Below are positions 1 through 14,886 of a stretch of DNA of 64,000 nt, piece after piece. The DNA lies in assembly GCA_963693365.1 (NCBI GenBank), contig CAVNZM010000008.1, positions 8,870,818 through 8,934,817 of the forward strand. Reading direction: 5' to 3'. How positions within the stretch are numbered: the stretch's first letter is position 1; the number at the start of each line of letters is the position of its first letter. The notes beneath the pieces were generated by a model, which had not been told where the DNA came from, ran no database searches, and worked only from the letters and a program-made list of their open reading frames with translations. The position numbers and the translations under genes are program-made. Source of the stretch: Amoebidium appalachense. Its lineage: Eukaryota > Protista > Ichthyosporea.

Positions 1-1187
1 TTCTAGAGTTCCTATTGGTGCTACTTTCTAGAGCAAATCAATTTCTGGACTCTGGAGTCCTGGACAAGCAACACACTTATGAGTACCTCACAGTCACGGT
101 GTCCACATAAGTAGTCGCTAGAATAAACGAAAAAGGGAAGAAGTGCTAGTGCTATGTTAGAGGAGTGTTATGAGTGTTATGTCGTGTTTCCAGTGAGCTG
201 GAATAATCGATTGGCGGCCTCACATTGCGCCCATCACGGCCTTTCCTCGCATGCATATGTACGTGCGTACACCGTGTCTCGTGCGCGTATGCGTATGGCA
301 TGCATACGTGTGCGGTTTTTTAGTTAGCACGCCGGTTGGTAAAATGGTGAGTCAATCAACGGCGATTTGATGGGACAACTTTGGATCCTCTTTTCCTCAC
401 CGGTGCATACGCGTGAGCCTTGTGACAATGCCACTGTATCATATGTGATAATAATGGAGCCACTCGAGCTCTTTAACATGTGTACTTACTACTACATATG
501 TACTCACGGTTGCGGCACACACACCAGCCCAAGGTGGCCTGGTCGTGTGAGCTTGGAGGAGGTAAATATATATACGTATCATGGGGAATCCCATGCGGAG
601 CACCTTTGATATGTGACACAGGACAAAACAATCGATAATCTACTATGTACTGGTACCATTATCAAAAACAGACTGCGATTGCCTTGACCGTCGACCCTGC
701 GGATGCAGGGTTGAACCAAACTACACTTGGTTGCCGCAAATCTACAACGGTTGAGTTACCAATGTCGATTACAACAATTAATTTCCTGTGTCAGCAGCTG
801 CTACATTATTGAGCAAGAATTTTTTTGTTGAACTCGAGTTTAACAATGTTAGCTATAGTTGCTGTGTGCCCTTGCTCTTGCTGTTATTAACTATTTAAAG
901 TATGTCTCTTAAAGCCGATTGCGCACAGTGCTGGTCTACTAGGCTAAGCTAGTATGCAGTGCATACCGTGATACTAGTACTACTATAACCTTCACCTTCC
1001 GGACCAGTCAAAAAGAAAAAGAAAGAAAGAAAAAAATAAAAAAGAAAAGAAAAGAAAAAGAAAAGAAAGGAAAAAACCCCTTTGATTCCATCATAGTGTA
1101 TGTTTTTGGTAGGAACCGGATGTGTCCGGTCACATAGCAGTACACTGTGTGCAATCATATTGTGTGGACATCACTAGAGGGGGGCCT

Positions 1188-1234
<47 letters not shown>

Positions 1235-1575
1235 GGGAGGAGGGGGGGGAGGGGGGAGAAGGGGGAGAAGGGGGGGGGGGGGGGTTCCCCCCTTGGGGGG
1301 GGGGGGGGGGGGGGGAGGAGGAGGGGGGAGGGGGGGAGAAGGGGGAGAAGGGGGGGGGGGGGGGGGTTCCCTCTTTGGCCATGGACGGGTGGAGGGTCCT
1401 TCCCCTTTGGGCTGGGGGGGTCGGAGGAATGGGGACCCAAAAACCCCTCCGGCTAACAGGGGGAAGGGGGGAAGGGGAGGGGGGAACAGAGAGAGAGAGA
1501 GAGAGAGGGGGGGGGGGGGGGGGGAGGGGGAGAGAGAGAGAGAGAGCGAGAGAGAGAGAGGGGGGGGGAGAGGGA

Positions 1576-1690
<115 letters not shown>

Positions 1691-1956
1691 ATCGAGACGT
1701 ATGTATGTGGGTTCCCCCCCCCCCCCCCTCCCCCCCCCGGTCCCTCCTGTACCGTCCCCCCCCTCCCCCCCTTCCTCCCCCCCTCTCCCCCCCCCCCTCC
1801 CCGGGCCCCCAGAGCCCCCTCCCCCCCCCCCCCCCCTCCCCCCAAGGGGCTACCTTGAATGTATCTGAAACTTTGACACAGGAAAGCCCTATGATATAGC
1901 ATAGCTTACGGTCGTGCACTGTGTTCGCCCCCCGTGCCCCCTCCCCCTCCCCCCCC

Positions 1957-2005
<49 letters not shown>

Positions 2006-2490
2006 TCCTCCTCCTTCCCGGGGGCCCTTCTTCTACTCCCTCCCCCCAGCGCTCGCACACACACGCACACACTTTCAAACGTGTTTCACAGTACACGTAC
2101 CTGCACAAACATATGATGTACCACACACACGCACGCATGATAAGCCTTATAATGATGTGCACAAACCAGCAATAGCGCATGCACACCTGCACATGAACAT
2201 GCAGATACTGTACCCACCCACACCACACACACACTATCAATATTATCATGGCACTTACTAAATCCCACCCTCACACACATTCACACACACACTGCACCTT
2301 GAGCACGCTAAAGTTGCCCCCAATACTCTCGAGCTCATATTTGAATACCATTTAGTTGCCTTGCGAGTAACGAATATACAGGTTGGTAGGTGGGGGTCAG
2401 TGAAGAAAGAGATGTCTTGCCATTGATCGAGGTGTGTGTGGGGGGTGCGGGAGGAGGGGGAGGGGGAGGGGAAGGGAGGGACGTAGGGGG

Positions 2491-2541
<51 letters not shown>

Positions 2542-2663
2542 GGGGGGGGGAGAACCCACCGCCGCACCGGCCGGGTCCGCGCGCGGCGGGCGGGGGGGGG
2601 GGCAGGCAGCCGAGGCTGTCAGGAACTCGTGCAATTTAATACCTTGGGGAGGGGGGGAGGGGA

Positions 2664-2700
<37 letters not shown>

Positions 2701-4211
2701 GGGGGGGGAGTGACCAGGTGTAACTTAACAAGGGAGCCAGGGGCAGGGTCGCAGTGGTGCGGATGGTAGCACTCAACTACACAGACTGTAAAGATGCAAC
2801 AGAGACCCGGCAGCTGTATGTGTGTGACCTCCCGTCAGTGATCTCCTAACGTAACGAGTAATCCACATTCCCCTGGAGATAGGATAATTCCCGAGTAGAA
2901 CAGAAAATTCCAGCTGGCCTACTACAAGTAGACACGATAGTCTGATTGGTCGAAACAGAATTTTTATAATGTGATTGGCCGTTAACACTAAGGCCTCCTA
3001 TTGGCTAACTACCCACTTGCACCATATATGGGTAAGGTAACGTGATCAGCACGCATGCCGTGATTTCACTAGATAGAGTGCGGGTTGCTCACACATCCAG
3101 AGTCTTATCTGACACACTCACCCCGTGCACAGCAGGTTCTCCCCCCCCACTTTCCTCTCCCCTAGGAAGGAAAGGGGGGAAACCACCAGGGAGGACGTCG
3201 ATGTTTGTTCCCCCCCCCCCACCACCACCACCACCACCACCACCACAGCCACCACAGCCACCACCACCACGAATGACAAATAAGTTAGGAAACCCACGAA
3301 AAAAAATGTCCGAAATCGGACCATCCTATTTATTATTGAATACGAAATATACCCAAAAAATACACGGCACCCTAATTTTTCGTATATTTTCAGGAGCGAC
3401 TTGACGGAATAGCAAGATGCTATGAGTTAACTGGGAGATTATGCTGCTCATTAACGACATGTACAGTATATACGTGAGTTGTGATGACCAGTGTCGGCAC
3501 CAAGGCCAACAGTACCTTTGCCCAACAAGATACATATCTGGATAGCCTCGCGGCGGCGTTGCTAAAAATCATATATCATTTATTTTTGCTAATTTTTAGC
3601 CCGGCGGCCTACCTAGGAGCATCCGGCTCATCATTACCTTGTCTTGTCTTTAGAAAGATTTTTGCTTTGGGAAGTCGATCAGTTGCATAAATCTGCCGCT
3701 GCACTTCCGCACAAAATTCTGTCAAACATACAGTACAGCATTCGCATGCACGTGCGTATTTCCAAAACAGTGGCAAAGTCCTCTCAACCCTTTTAAAAAA
3801 AAATCCCCCCTTCCCTCCCCCCCCCCCCCCCCCCCCCTCCTCCCCTCCCCTCCGCTCCCCCTCCTCTTCCCCCCCCCCCCCTCCCCCCTCCCCCCGAGCT
3901 CCGAATCATGATTACCTCTCTGTTCTCTCTCTAGATCTCTGTTTACTTAGGCTCTCCAAAGCTCCCTCTCCTTGCATTCGTACCCCCCCCCCCCCCCCCC
4001 CCCCCTCCCCCCACCCCCTTCTTCCCCTCCTCCCCTTCCCCCATCTCCCTCCTCCGTTCTCTCCCCCTTCTCCCCGTCTCCTCTCCCCACTCCCCCTCCT
4101 CCGTCCTGCTCAATCCCTCGTGACCCCCATCACCCGGGCCTTTCTCTCTCCCGCCACTCACTCTCAACTCACGTTCTCCCCCCCCCCCCCCCCCCCTCCC
4201 CCTCCCACTCT

Positions 4212-4257
<46 letters not shown>

Positions 4258-4293
4258 CTCTCTCATTCTCTCTCTCTCTCTCTCCCTCTCTCA

Positions 4294-4342
<49 letters not shown>

Positions 4343-4426
4343 CTCTCTCTCCCTCCCTCTCCCCCCCTCTCTCTCACTCTCTCATTCTCACTCTCACTCT
4401 CACACACACCCCTTCTCTCTCTATAG

Positions 4427-4472
<46 letters not shown>

Positions 4473-4484
4473 CTCTCTCTCTCA

Positions 4485-4519
<35 letters not shown>

Positions 4520-4528
4520 CTCTCTTCT

Positions 4529-4578
<50 letters not shown>

Positions 4579-4579
4579 C

Positions 4580-4691
<112 letters not shown>

Positions 4692-4741
4692 TCCTAACCC
4701 GGGGACTCGCTGGCTCCTCCCCCCCTCCCCCCCCCCCCCCC

Positions 4742-4772
<31 letters not shown>

Positions 4773-5260
4773 GTCTGTAATTCTTTCTCCCTCTTCAAAA
4801 AATCCCTCGACTACTATGATTTCAGACTTTCTTTAAATGTTTTCGGTTCCTTTCTGATCTCCTATCTAAAAATACCGATTCTGAGGTAAGGAAAAACGTG
4901 CATGTGAAATCTTTGAGCTCGAATGGGTACCGGTTGCGTCCATGCATCCATAAGTGGTTCAAGTACTGGATTAGCGTCATCCGCATGAGCATGATGAATT
5001 AATTCAGTCGTGCACACATCTTTTTTCTTTACTTTCTTTCTTTCATTCAAAGCTTTTGACCTTTCAAGCTGACATAAAAATTATCATTCAAGTTATCTTC
5101 TTTTTTTCTTTCTTTCTTCCTTTAGTCTACTAGTCATCAAACTTTGTGTCTTTTCTTTTCTTTCTTTCTTCCTTTACTACTAGTCATCAAATTTTCTGAA
5201 GGCTTCTTCAAGGGCCTTCCCCTCCTTCCTTGTTTCCCCCTTTTTGTGGCCCGCAGGAGT

Positions 5261-5359
<99 letters not shown>

Positions 5360-5397
5360 CGGTGTGTGTGTGTGTTTACACGTGTGTGTGTGTGTGT

Positions 5398-5531
5398 ACT
5401 TTGTTCATGCACACAGTCTTTTTTTTTAACCAAAACATAATCCACCACTGCAGTTGCTAAGAACACTAACATGCACAAGCGCTTGCTGCCATGTTTTGGC
5501 ATTAAAAAAAGACTGTGTGCATGAGCAAAGT
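5398..5531. repeat. Short inverted repeat / mini-MITE
   Basis: actttgttcatgcacacagtctttttttttaaccaaaacat pairs with atgttttggcattaaaaaaagactgtgtgcatgagcaaagt. Confidence 0.65.
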
Positions 5532-5555
5532 TTCCAACCTACCCATTTAGCTACC

Positions 5556-5586
<31 letters not shown>

Positions 5587-6528
5587 ACACACACACACAT
5601 CCCTCGAGCCATCGGATGGCATCTCACAACAGACACTGCCACCCACTCCTGAACATATCCCCCCCCCCCCCCCCCCCCCCCCCCCCCTTCTTTCCCCCCC
5701 CATGTCTTAAGTTCCACCGAAAAAGGGACATTTCAACCGTGCGCACAGCCGAGCTATCTCAGCCACCATCACCTTACCCTTTTCATCACATTTATAGATC
5801 TTAAAGCCTTAACGTACACCAGCATGCACACTAGATCGAGTCAGAATACATATCACTGCGGAATTAAACGGAGCCTCGATTGATCATGATAATTAATATT
5901 TTGTTTAATAAAGTGATATATACTTATATAGATGTGTAAAACCGGGGGCTGCCTGCAGCCGCTGCGTTGTTTCATTTAGTGACAGACAGGCAAACAAAGA
6001 CTGTGTGTCCGAGCGGTGCACTTGGATGATCAATTATGATCCGTAAGGATTCTACATTGCCACCAAATTAATCAAGTAACTGCAAGTCTTATAGCACACT
6101 GCCATACCCACTCGTATACGTAGGCTGAGAATCCCTAGCTTATAATAGTACACTTTTTGACCATCCACCAATCACGACCCCTCCCTCCTCCCCCCCTTCC
6201 CCCTCCCCCCCCCCCCCCCCCCCGGCCCCACTCACACTTGCTCCTCCTCCTTCCGGGAGGCAGGCGTGTGCTCAATCGTGGATTGGGCCCTGGACGTGTG
6301 AAACAACCAGAGATACTGTGAATGCTATGGTGTGGCAGCTCCCCCCCCCCCCCTTTTCATCCCTCCCCACCACCACGATCATGGCTACATTCCCTACCCC
6401 TAGCCATGCACGCACCATGTATGTGAGCGCGCACCCACTCAGTCATAGAACATGACCCACAACATTACACAACACCCAACCTCGCGCACGTGTGTGTGTA
6501 TAGGTGAGTGTGAGCGCGTGTGCGCGTG

Positions 6529-6594
<66 letters not shown>

Positions 6595-6857
6595 CGCGCG
6601 CGCATGCGCATTCGCGGGCGCACATGAGCGTGCAATGCAAACATCCTATGTGCATACGTAGTGTAGGTTTGGGGTGTGGGTGTATCAGCGCAAGTGTGTG
6701 AATATTTTCTTGCTTGGGCCGTGTGTGTGCCTGTTGCGAGTGTGCGCTCGCATGTTCGTGCATGTTTGTGTGTTCTGTTGGTGCGAGTGTGCACATCTGA
6801 TTATGTAGGCATGTGTCCGTAAGTGCACGTTGTCACCGTTTTGTGTTTGTTTGTGTT

Positions 6858-6896
<39 letters not shown>

Positions 6897-7223
6897 ACAT
6901 GTTCTCGTATACGTAGAGCCTGCAGGCCACCGTGTGTGTGTAGCACTGTACATGTGTACATGTGTGTGTGTGCGTGCCTCTCTCTGTGTGTGCGTGTTCG
7001 AGCCCGTCTGTACGTGTGTGCGTGTGTGTTTGTGTGCATTTACAGAAAAAAAATGTGGTTCGGGAGGTCGTGGGAGGTTGTGATGAGCCAGTATCGACGG
7101 GGGGTAGAACGACCAATAGTAATTAGTAACTAACAAGTGAGCCGTAGGGTTATCTATCTGAAGGCAAGCTAGCTAGGTGGGGAGGGGTGGGTGGTGGTGG
7201 TGGTGGTGGCGGCTCGGTGTGTG

Positions 7224-7307
<84 letters not shown>

Positions 7308-7388
7308 GTGCGTGTGTGCGTGTGTGCGTGTGTGCGTGTGTGTGTGCGTGCGTGCGTGCGTGTGTATGTGTGTGTGCGTGTGTGTGTA

Positions 7389-7433
<45 letters not shown>

Positions 7434-9191
7434 AGTTCACATGTGCATCGTGTGATTTCCTGTTACAATTGGCACTATCGATGCGGGTCTCAGGGTCTGA
7501 CCGCGTGCACACGACATACGTATGTTTTCACATATGTCAGGGAGGGTAGTGAATATACACCACCAATAACAGAGCCCTCCGTTCTTTCCGCCCTGGCGGC
7601 TATTTGGGTCTACCACTCACAGTTTCTCATGGCACGCAGATGGTGCACGTGAACTTTTGACTCACGCGGTGACGTGATGTAGCCGGATCCCCCAAGAATA
7701 TTTTGCCGTTCTTTTCTGACAGATTTACATGAAAACAAAAAATAACGCATGACCCACAAATCGAGGATTTGTGGTATTTATTTATTGACATTTTTTGTGT
7801 AACTTATTTTTGTAATTTTCTCATATACAAAATGTTTACTGTTGTGAGCTAGCTTGTTTTGGATTTTTCAAAAAATTGTTTTTATACGAGGGAAATACTG
7901 GTTAAATACATATTAAATAGTAATATCTCAAAATTTCGAACATTTAATGTATTGGAATTTGGAATATGATCACGCGTGCACATGTGCGGTCATCACTGCG
8001 ATGTGTACGTGTACATATTCCTCGCTTTACTTTCCTGCATACTTTGAACATACCTTTCCTATACTGCTTCTGATAACTAAAGATATATGCATGTAAGTGT
8101 GTGCATTGCTTTAAATATGTACAGTGTACATTTTGCATTGTAACGTTCTGTTGAATGAAAAATCCGTGGCCAACATGGCATTTTGGACTTGCCGCGTGAG
8201 TCATGGGTGACTAAAGATATCCAATAGGGAATGATTAGTTTAAAGACGGCGCCAAAACTCCACCAATCATTTGGCTCTAGAATCAGACATCCATGCCAGT
8301 GCCAAGTTTCTGCCAATTTGAGTTTCGTAAACCTGAAAGGAATGGAATGACTCGATCGAGGCTGCGGTGTTCAGTCAAAGATCATTCCTGTGTGTAAACG
8401 CGTGAGGCTTACAGGTCATTAAGTATGTTGTGAAGGTGTATTTCTAATATATAAAATTATGGCATTCATAAACGGTAAAGACAAACAGAAATGTTTCATC
8501 TGGCGCATTCTAATTTCAACCTTTTGGGTTCCTGATGACTGGCCGCCAGGAAGTGTTCAATCGTAAACCTAAGCAGCTTGTTAACTTGCGAGGCAAGGTC
8601 CCGCCTTGCCGGCCCGTCGTTGGTTGGTCGCCTCTTCGTCAAGTCGGTTCACTGATTCATGTTCCGGCGCTCAAAGGCTTTTTTTTGTTTACACTCCGTG
8701 ACTAAGGGGACCATGATAAGTATATGAAGGCAAAGGTCGCCTACTATTGTGTACTTCTTGCGACGACTATTTTATTAGCGGTATACACCCGCTTCTGTTT
8801 TTCTTGAGGGCGTGTGCTTATTGTGGGCCTGAGAGGTTTGTGGAGTGTACATGTAGGCTAAGGCTTGCCCATGTTTTCCGCATTCTACAATTATTGTGAA
8901 CGCTACGGTTATACGCAAACTAACGAGCTTCCCGATAGTCTTAGTGTGAGGGTTACCAAAGGCACAAGTTGCCATATATTTCTCTTACATCAGCATTACT
9001 TCATGTTGATTTTCTTCTCCGTGCTTGTATTTCCCAGGATAGATATATCACACAAATTTCGTAATACACCGGGCCACCGTAGAGCCCTTCTTCGTTTGTC
9101 AAAACGGTTAGAACATACACATAACTTTTAACAGACCAGTCTAGCATTCACCTTTATATTAACCTATTTTTTTCCCCTCTTTTGAACGAAG

Positions 9192-10892
9192 ATGGCTGCC
9201 ACGGAGAGGCCACCCTTAGCGCTCAAAAACTTTCGCGCGCTTTTCGTTTGGCACTATACAGATGTGCGCTCTCGTCGGTCTCCAGAACAAGAAGATGCCG
9301 AGAAGTATCTCATCGGCAACATCGTTTTCAAGAGGTGGATGCTTCTGCCGGCGGCAATTTTGGTGCAATTATGCGTCGGCACGTTCCTCTCTTGGAGCGT
9401 ATACAATGTCCCAATTGAAAAATACACGGGGGCACCCAAGGGGGCAGCATCAGTAACCTTCTACACGGTTATGGGTGTGTTCGGTCTGTCCTCGGCAGTG
9501 TTCGGCCCGGTTGTCGAGCGCAGGGGCCCCAGAATGATGCTCATGTTGTCGTCGACATTCTTCTTTGTAGGAAACATGTTGGCCGCCCTTGGTGTCTACC
9601 TGCACATCCTTGCAATAGTCTACGTGGGTTTCGGTGTCGTTGGTGGTATGGGGTTGGGTGTGGCCTATCTCACTCCCATTAGCCCGCTCCAAAAATTCTA
9701 CCCCGACTACCGTGGGCTCGTTTCCGCGATCGCGGTTTCTGGTTTCGGTGTTGGTGCGATCGTTGCGAGCAAAACACAGGCGGCCCTCGTTTCCGCCCTC
9801 AGCCCCCCATGGAGTTTCATCATCCACGGGATTATCTTCTATGTGCTACAGTTCAGTTGCAGTTTTATCCTACGGGCACCACCTACCGGATATACTATTG
9901 CAGCACCTGCGGCGGTGCCTGCAACAACAACCCCGGTTCACTCCGTGCCGGTGAGCCAAAACGGGAAGGATGAAAGCAAGAACAGCAGCGATGAAGGGAA
10001 AACATGTGCCGGGAAAGATGCTTCCGATGACGCCAGCGTGCACGACGGGGCAGCGGTAGTTGTCGAGACCGGTGATGAGCCCCGTACACAAGATGAATAC
10101 TTGCACGAACCAGAAATCAGGTGGACTCTTCTCGAATGTTTACAATCGTTTGAGTATCGCCTAGTCTACCTTACATTCCTATTGAGCAACATTCCAAATC
10201 TTCTCGCCTCTGCGCGCTTGGCTGACATGTGCCAAAGGCAGTTCCACACATCGTACGAGTTGGCCTCTACCATCGTGGCTGTAACAGCGGTTTTTAACCT
10301 CTCCGGGCGGTTGATTTTTGGGGCGACTTCTGACAAGCTGGGGAGAAAGAATTGCTACTTGTTCATGCTAGCCGTACAGGCGGTGATCATGGGCTTCACA
10401 CCCATGTTTTTCAGCCATGGCTACTTTTGGGCGTTTGCGGTGACCCAGTGGATAGTGGGGATGATGAGCGGCGCCAGCTTCGCGCTTATTGCCGCCTTTT
10501 TGACGGATCTTTTCACGACGAGAAATTTGGGCGGGCTTTTCGGTGTGATTATGACGGCGGCGCCCTCGTTTGTCGGTGTTGTCTTCGGGCTTACCTTCAA
10601 CGCCATTTACAAGCAGCAGGCTGCCATCCACGGCGAAGATGCCTCCAACATTTACAACATTAACTTTTACTGGATGACGGCTACGCAGGTGGTCGGGCTC
10701 TTTTTGTGCTCCCTTATTCCCAGGGATTTGCACGAGCGCCTACATCCTAAAGTTCCGGGCCAGATTTTCGGTTTCCGAGTGTTTGGTCGGCTTATGCGGC
10801 TGCAGTATGTGCCTGAGAGGACGGAGAAGGAGGAGTGGAAGGCATACTTAAAGACACTACCGGAGAACCAGGGCTATAGGGGGAGCGCATGA
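9192..10892 (+). CDS. Major facilitator superfamily transporter, oxalate:formate antiporter (OFA/OxlT/YhjX-like) family; intronless, 566 aa
   Basis: Uninterrupted ORF with about 12 hydrophobic segments in two bundles separated by a hydrophilic loop. Motif A-like GPVVERRGPR and GATSDKLGRK; N-terminal RWMLLPAAILVQLCVGTFLSWSVYN and YLTPISPLQKFYPDYRGLVSAIAVSGFGVG are typical of OFA-family MFS proteins. Confidence 0.92.
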   Translation: MAATERPPLALKNFRALFVWHYTDVRSRRSPEQEDAEKYLIGNIVFKRWMLLPAAILVQLCVGTFLSWSVYNVPIEKYTGAPKGAASVTFYTVMGVFGLSSAVFGPVVERRGPRMMLMLSSTFFFVGNMLAALGVYLHILAIVYVGFGVVGGMGLGVAYLTPISPLQKFYPDYRGLVSAIAVSGFGVGAIVASKTQAALVSALSPPWSFIIHGIIFYVLQFSCSFILRAPPTGYTIAAPAAVPATTTPVHSVPVSQNGKDESKNSSDEGKTCAGKDASDDASVHDGAAVVVETGDEPRTQDEYLHEPEIRWTLLECLQSFEYRLVYLTFLLSNIPNLLASARLADMCQRQFHTSYELASTIVAVTAVFNLSGRLIFGATSDKLGRKNCYLFMLAVQAVIMGFTPMFFSHGYFWAFAVTQWIVGMMSGASFALIAAFLTDLFTTRNLGGLFGVIMTAAPSFVGVVFGLTFNAIYKQQAAIHGEDASNIYNINFYWMTATQVVGLFLCSLIPRDLHERLHPKVPGQIFGFRVFGRLMRLQYVPERTEKEEWKAYLKTLPENQGYRGSA

Positions 10893-11362
10893 TTTCTCTA
10901 AGAGCTTTCAGATGCTCGGACGTGAACAGCAGTGTGTATAGTATTCTAACACAGAAAATTGTATTGTAAGTGTATGGAATGGTTATGGGCTGCATGTATG
11001 GTTACTTTGGTGCAAACTAACCTCCGAAGACCCATGATACACAACATATTTTAACATCAACTAAGTTAGTTAGAAAATTATGGTTACCATGCATTCCGAA
11101 TGTGTTATCAGATGCGATGATTCCTATATGCAGATTTGTACACACTTCAACTTTTGGTTCCACTGTCGCCATTTAGCTTCTTGAACGACCAGATCTACAT
11201 GAAGCCTTCCTTCTATGCCCGTACCCCTCATTCCCCTCACTTCTTAACGATATTATGTGAACAGTGCGCGCACGGTGTCTGCGACTTAATTCCCACCGTG
11301 TTTCCGTAGCCTAGTAACCGTCGTCTCCAAACTACTTCTTGCTCAGACTTCTCCCCCTTCCT

Positions 11363-11393
<31 letters not shown>

Positions 11394-11974
11394 CCCTCTC
11401 TTTACCTTCCTGTCCAGCTACCATTCTTGTGACACCCCCCAAAACCACATGGACAGCTGCAGCGGGCCTGAGACTCCCCTACCCACCCACCCACCTGAGT
11501 CAGGCCTCTCAAGCACCACCACCACAATCATTCGCACATACCCAAACACACAACCGAGCATACACGAGCAATCTAAGCTGTGGCCATCACGTGCCCACAC
11601 GATGACATCACAACACAAACACACCAAGACTTCACGTTCTTCATTCATTACACTGTATAAGATCTCCCATATGCATGCCCCTCATCCCCTTCCCTTCTGG
11701 AGATCCAGCTTGCCGAGTGGTGTGCACATTATAACATGGTTTCTGCACATTCTTCGAATCGGAATATATCAATGTTTTCTCTATGTGACATTTTACTCAG
11801 ATGGCTTTGAATTCCGCCTTCCCAACGTTTCAAATGTGCAAACGTTTAACAAATCACTCCAAGGCCTAGGACAAGGAGAACCAGATTCACGGCAGCCTCG
11901 AGCTCCTTGTAACCCCCCCTCCCCTCCTCCCCCCCTCTCCCCCCCCCCCCCCCCCCCCCCAACCTCCCCCTCCC

Positions 11975-12006
<32 letters not shown>

Positions 12007-12563
12007 TTTTCCCCCCTCCCTCCTTGTCCACCCACCAAGCCCTGCACCCACAAGCATCATCCAGGCCAACATCACTACCATCACCACAGTCCTTCTAAGT
12101 TGAAGCTTGCAAAGGTCACGGAGCTCGTGGGCCGCCTTGAGGTTGTATTTGATAAGTGAACCATGTGTCTTTATTTTTACCCTTTTCATGCGTAAACAGC
12201 ACAGGCCGATATAAGGCCAGTCGATGTACATAACTGCAAAGCCTATACACAAAATGTACTTATACATTAGGCACATCGATACGTAAACACAGGCCGATGA
12301 TGGTCCGGGCCCCCGAGTATTTCAAAGTTTTTTTTTGGGACACACACGTAAGTATGTACAAGTAACGTCAACGGTGGGCATTTTGACAGCGTTGGTCGTA
12401 GTAGGTTTATTACATTCGTTTATTATGCACGGTGGTGTAGCACATGTGCAGGGTTTATACAGAAACCAAAAAGGTGGCAAGAAACGAACAAATACTTTCT
12501 GTGCAGGGGGACATGAGGGGTTAGGGAAACGGGCACGTTCACTGCTAGAATCTCTGGGTCAAG

Positions 12564-13993
12564 ATGAGCGACGCTCTTTCAAACGCGTTGACCACAGACA
12601 TACGCAAGCTGCTGACAACATTCAGAGAGCAAACGGGCAGCTTTAGCTTTACCTATTACACAAAATGCTGGAAGGATGCAAATTTCTCCATGATACACTA
12701 CTGCACCACCCTTCCAGAAAAACGGAAGGCCCTCTTGAAAAAAGCATATGACATCACACTTGGGTTGCTTGTCGCCTCGCCACACATCGACGTTTTTGTG
12801 TTTGTTGTATACACTCTCTACTCGCTCTTCATCACCCAGCTATGCGAGCCCAAGATGCTTATCGAGGTCGACAAGAAAACATGGACCCTGCTTGTTAAGC
12901 TACACAGGGCGGCGGTGGACAGCAACCTCTTTGATGTGGACTTCGTTTTCCACAAGCTTGTCTACAGTTATCCTTGTAAGTCTCTAACTCTCTTCAAATC
13001 CTACTATACCCCATGACATCATCTTCCGTCAGCCTCCTCCCCCCCCCCCCCCCCCCCCCCCAACACACACACACACACCCCACTCACTTCCTCCTACCTC
13101 CCTCCTTTGCTGCTGTTGCATACTTTCACGTTTACTTTTGCATGTGTCTTGCACCGTGTTTCTCATCGTTGTAGTTGTACTTCGTACCGTCCCCCCCCCC
13201 CCCCCCCCCCCACCAAAAAACAAAAAAAAAAACAAAAAAAAAAACAGTATCTGAGTTGGGTTTCGTTGACGAGGTGAATGGGTCGAAACTCGGGTACTGT
13301 GGATGACGTGGGCCCCCCCTGAGGCTGGGCTCTGCTTATTATGCATACTCTTTATGTAGGGGTTGCATTCTGCATCGTGTTATCCGTGGTTCCTGTGTAC
13401 TTCGTGCTTTATGACGCATGTTAAACACCCCCCCCCCCCCCCCCCCCCCAAACCTCTTCTCCCCCAACTTTTGACATGGTTGCTCGGCGCCTTTCAGGCC
13501 TGATAAACTGTCTCCGTTTATCCCTTATATATATCTCGATTTTTGCTTGGGGCACACTTAATAAGATTATACCTATTTGATCATCCCTCCGCCTCAGCCC
13601 CCCCCCCCCCCAACCCCTCACCCCCCCCCACACACACACCTTTCCTGCCTCGTTTTCTATTTTCTTTTTCTTGGGTGGTTGGGGGGAAAGGGGGGGGGGG
13701 GGGGGGAGGGGGGGGGGGGGGGGGGGAGGGGAGGGAGGGGAGTAGGGGGGGAGAGGGGAGGGGAGGGGGGGCGCGGGGCAAGGGGCCGGGGGGGGAGGGG
13801 GGGGGAGAGAGAGAGAGGGGGGGGGGGGGGGCGCGGGGGGGGCGGGGGAGGTGAGAAGGGGTCGGGGGTCGGGGGGGGGGGGGGGGAGGGGGAGGGGGGG
13901 TTGGGTTGCAAAAAGTGCTTTTTCTTCAATAGTAAGTCACGGTCGATCAACCACTTGAACTTCACATATCCCTGCCTCCCTTCCCCCTCCCCC

Positions 13994-14042
<49 letters not shown>

Positions 14043-14826
14043 TATTTTCTAAAGTTGTTTTCTCGGGGGGGGGGGGGGGGGGGGGGAGAGGGGGGGGAGG
14101 GGGGAGGGGGGGGGGGAGGGGAGGGGGTCACTGGGGAACGGGCGGGGGGGGGGGGGGGGGGGGGGGGGGTACCCAAAGAGCAAGAGAATAATGCTTGCCC
14201 ATTAAATGTCTTATCTTCGTTAGTAGGTTACAATCGACCAACCAATTGAACGTTCATATACTCCCCCCTCCCCCCTCCCTCGCCCCCACAATATCCCCTT
14301 CCCCTCCCCCCTCTTCCTTCCCACCTGTGCTTACTTCCCTCCCCCCCCCCCCCCCCCCCCCTCCCCCCCATCCTCCCCCCCCCTTTGCTTACCCCCGCTC
14401 CCCCTCCCCCCCTCCCCCATAACTCAGTTGAAAAGGCCCGTCCGGCATTGCCTCGTACCACCACCACCTCAACCCCAAATACGCCGCCGCAGCAGCAGCA
14501 ACAACAACGACAAGAAAACGCCAGCCCCATCAATCCAGAAAATCCAGAGAATCCAGAGAATCCAGGAAATACAGAAAATCCAGAAATGGAAGAAATCAAG
14601 CGCAAACAGCAAGGGTGCTTCTGGTTCGTGTCGGCGGCGCCTGAGAGGCCCATGAACAAGAGGCACCGTGGGGAAAGCGCCGGAGACCAAGCGAGCAGGG
14701 TTGATAAGGCTGGACATATCCCAAGGAGTATTTGGACGGAGGCTCATGACAAGAAGTTACTGCAAGGGATGGAATGGTGGGCGGATTCACTGAGGAGTTT
14801 GGATGCGGAGACGCGGGCATATGTGG

Positions 14827-14886
<60 letters not shown>

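Noticed and set aside
664-786. Minus-strand peptide LIVVIDIGNS resembling an ASKHA/type III pantothenate kinase phosphate-1 motif
   Set aside because: Short match ending in a stop after about 40 aa, with no other ASKHA motifs nearby.
13245-13330. Canonical hammerhead ribozyme in the dispersed repeat
   Set aside because: CUGANGA, GAAA and UH could not be arranged with three proper stems, and TTGACGA becomes TTAACGA in the other copies. Kept only as a possible non-canonical structure.
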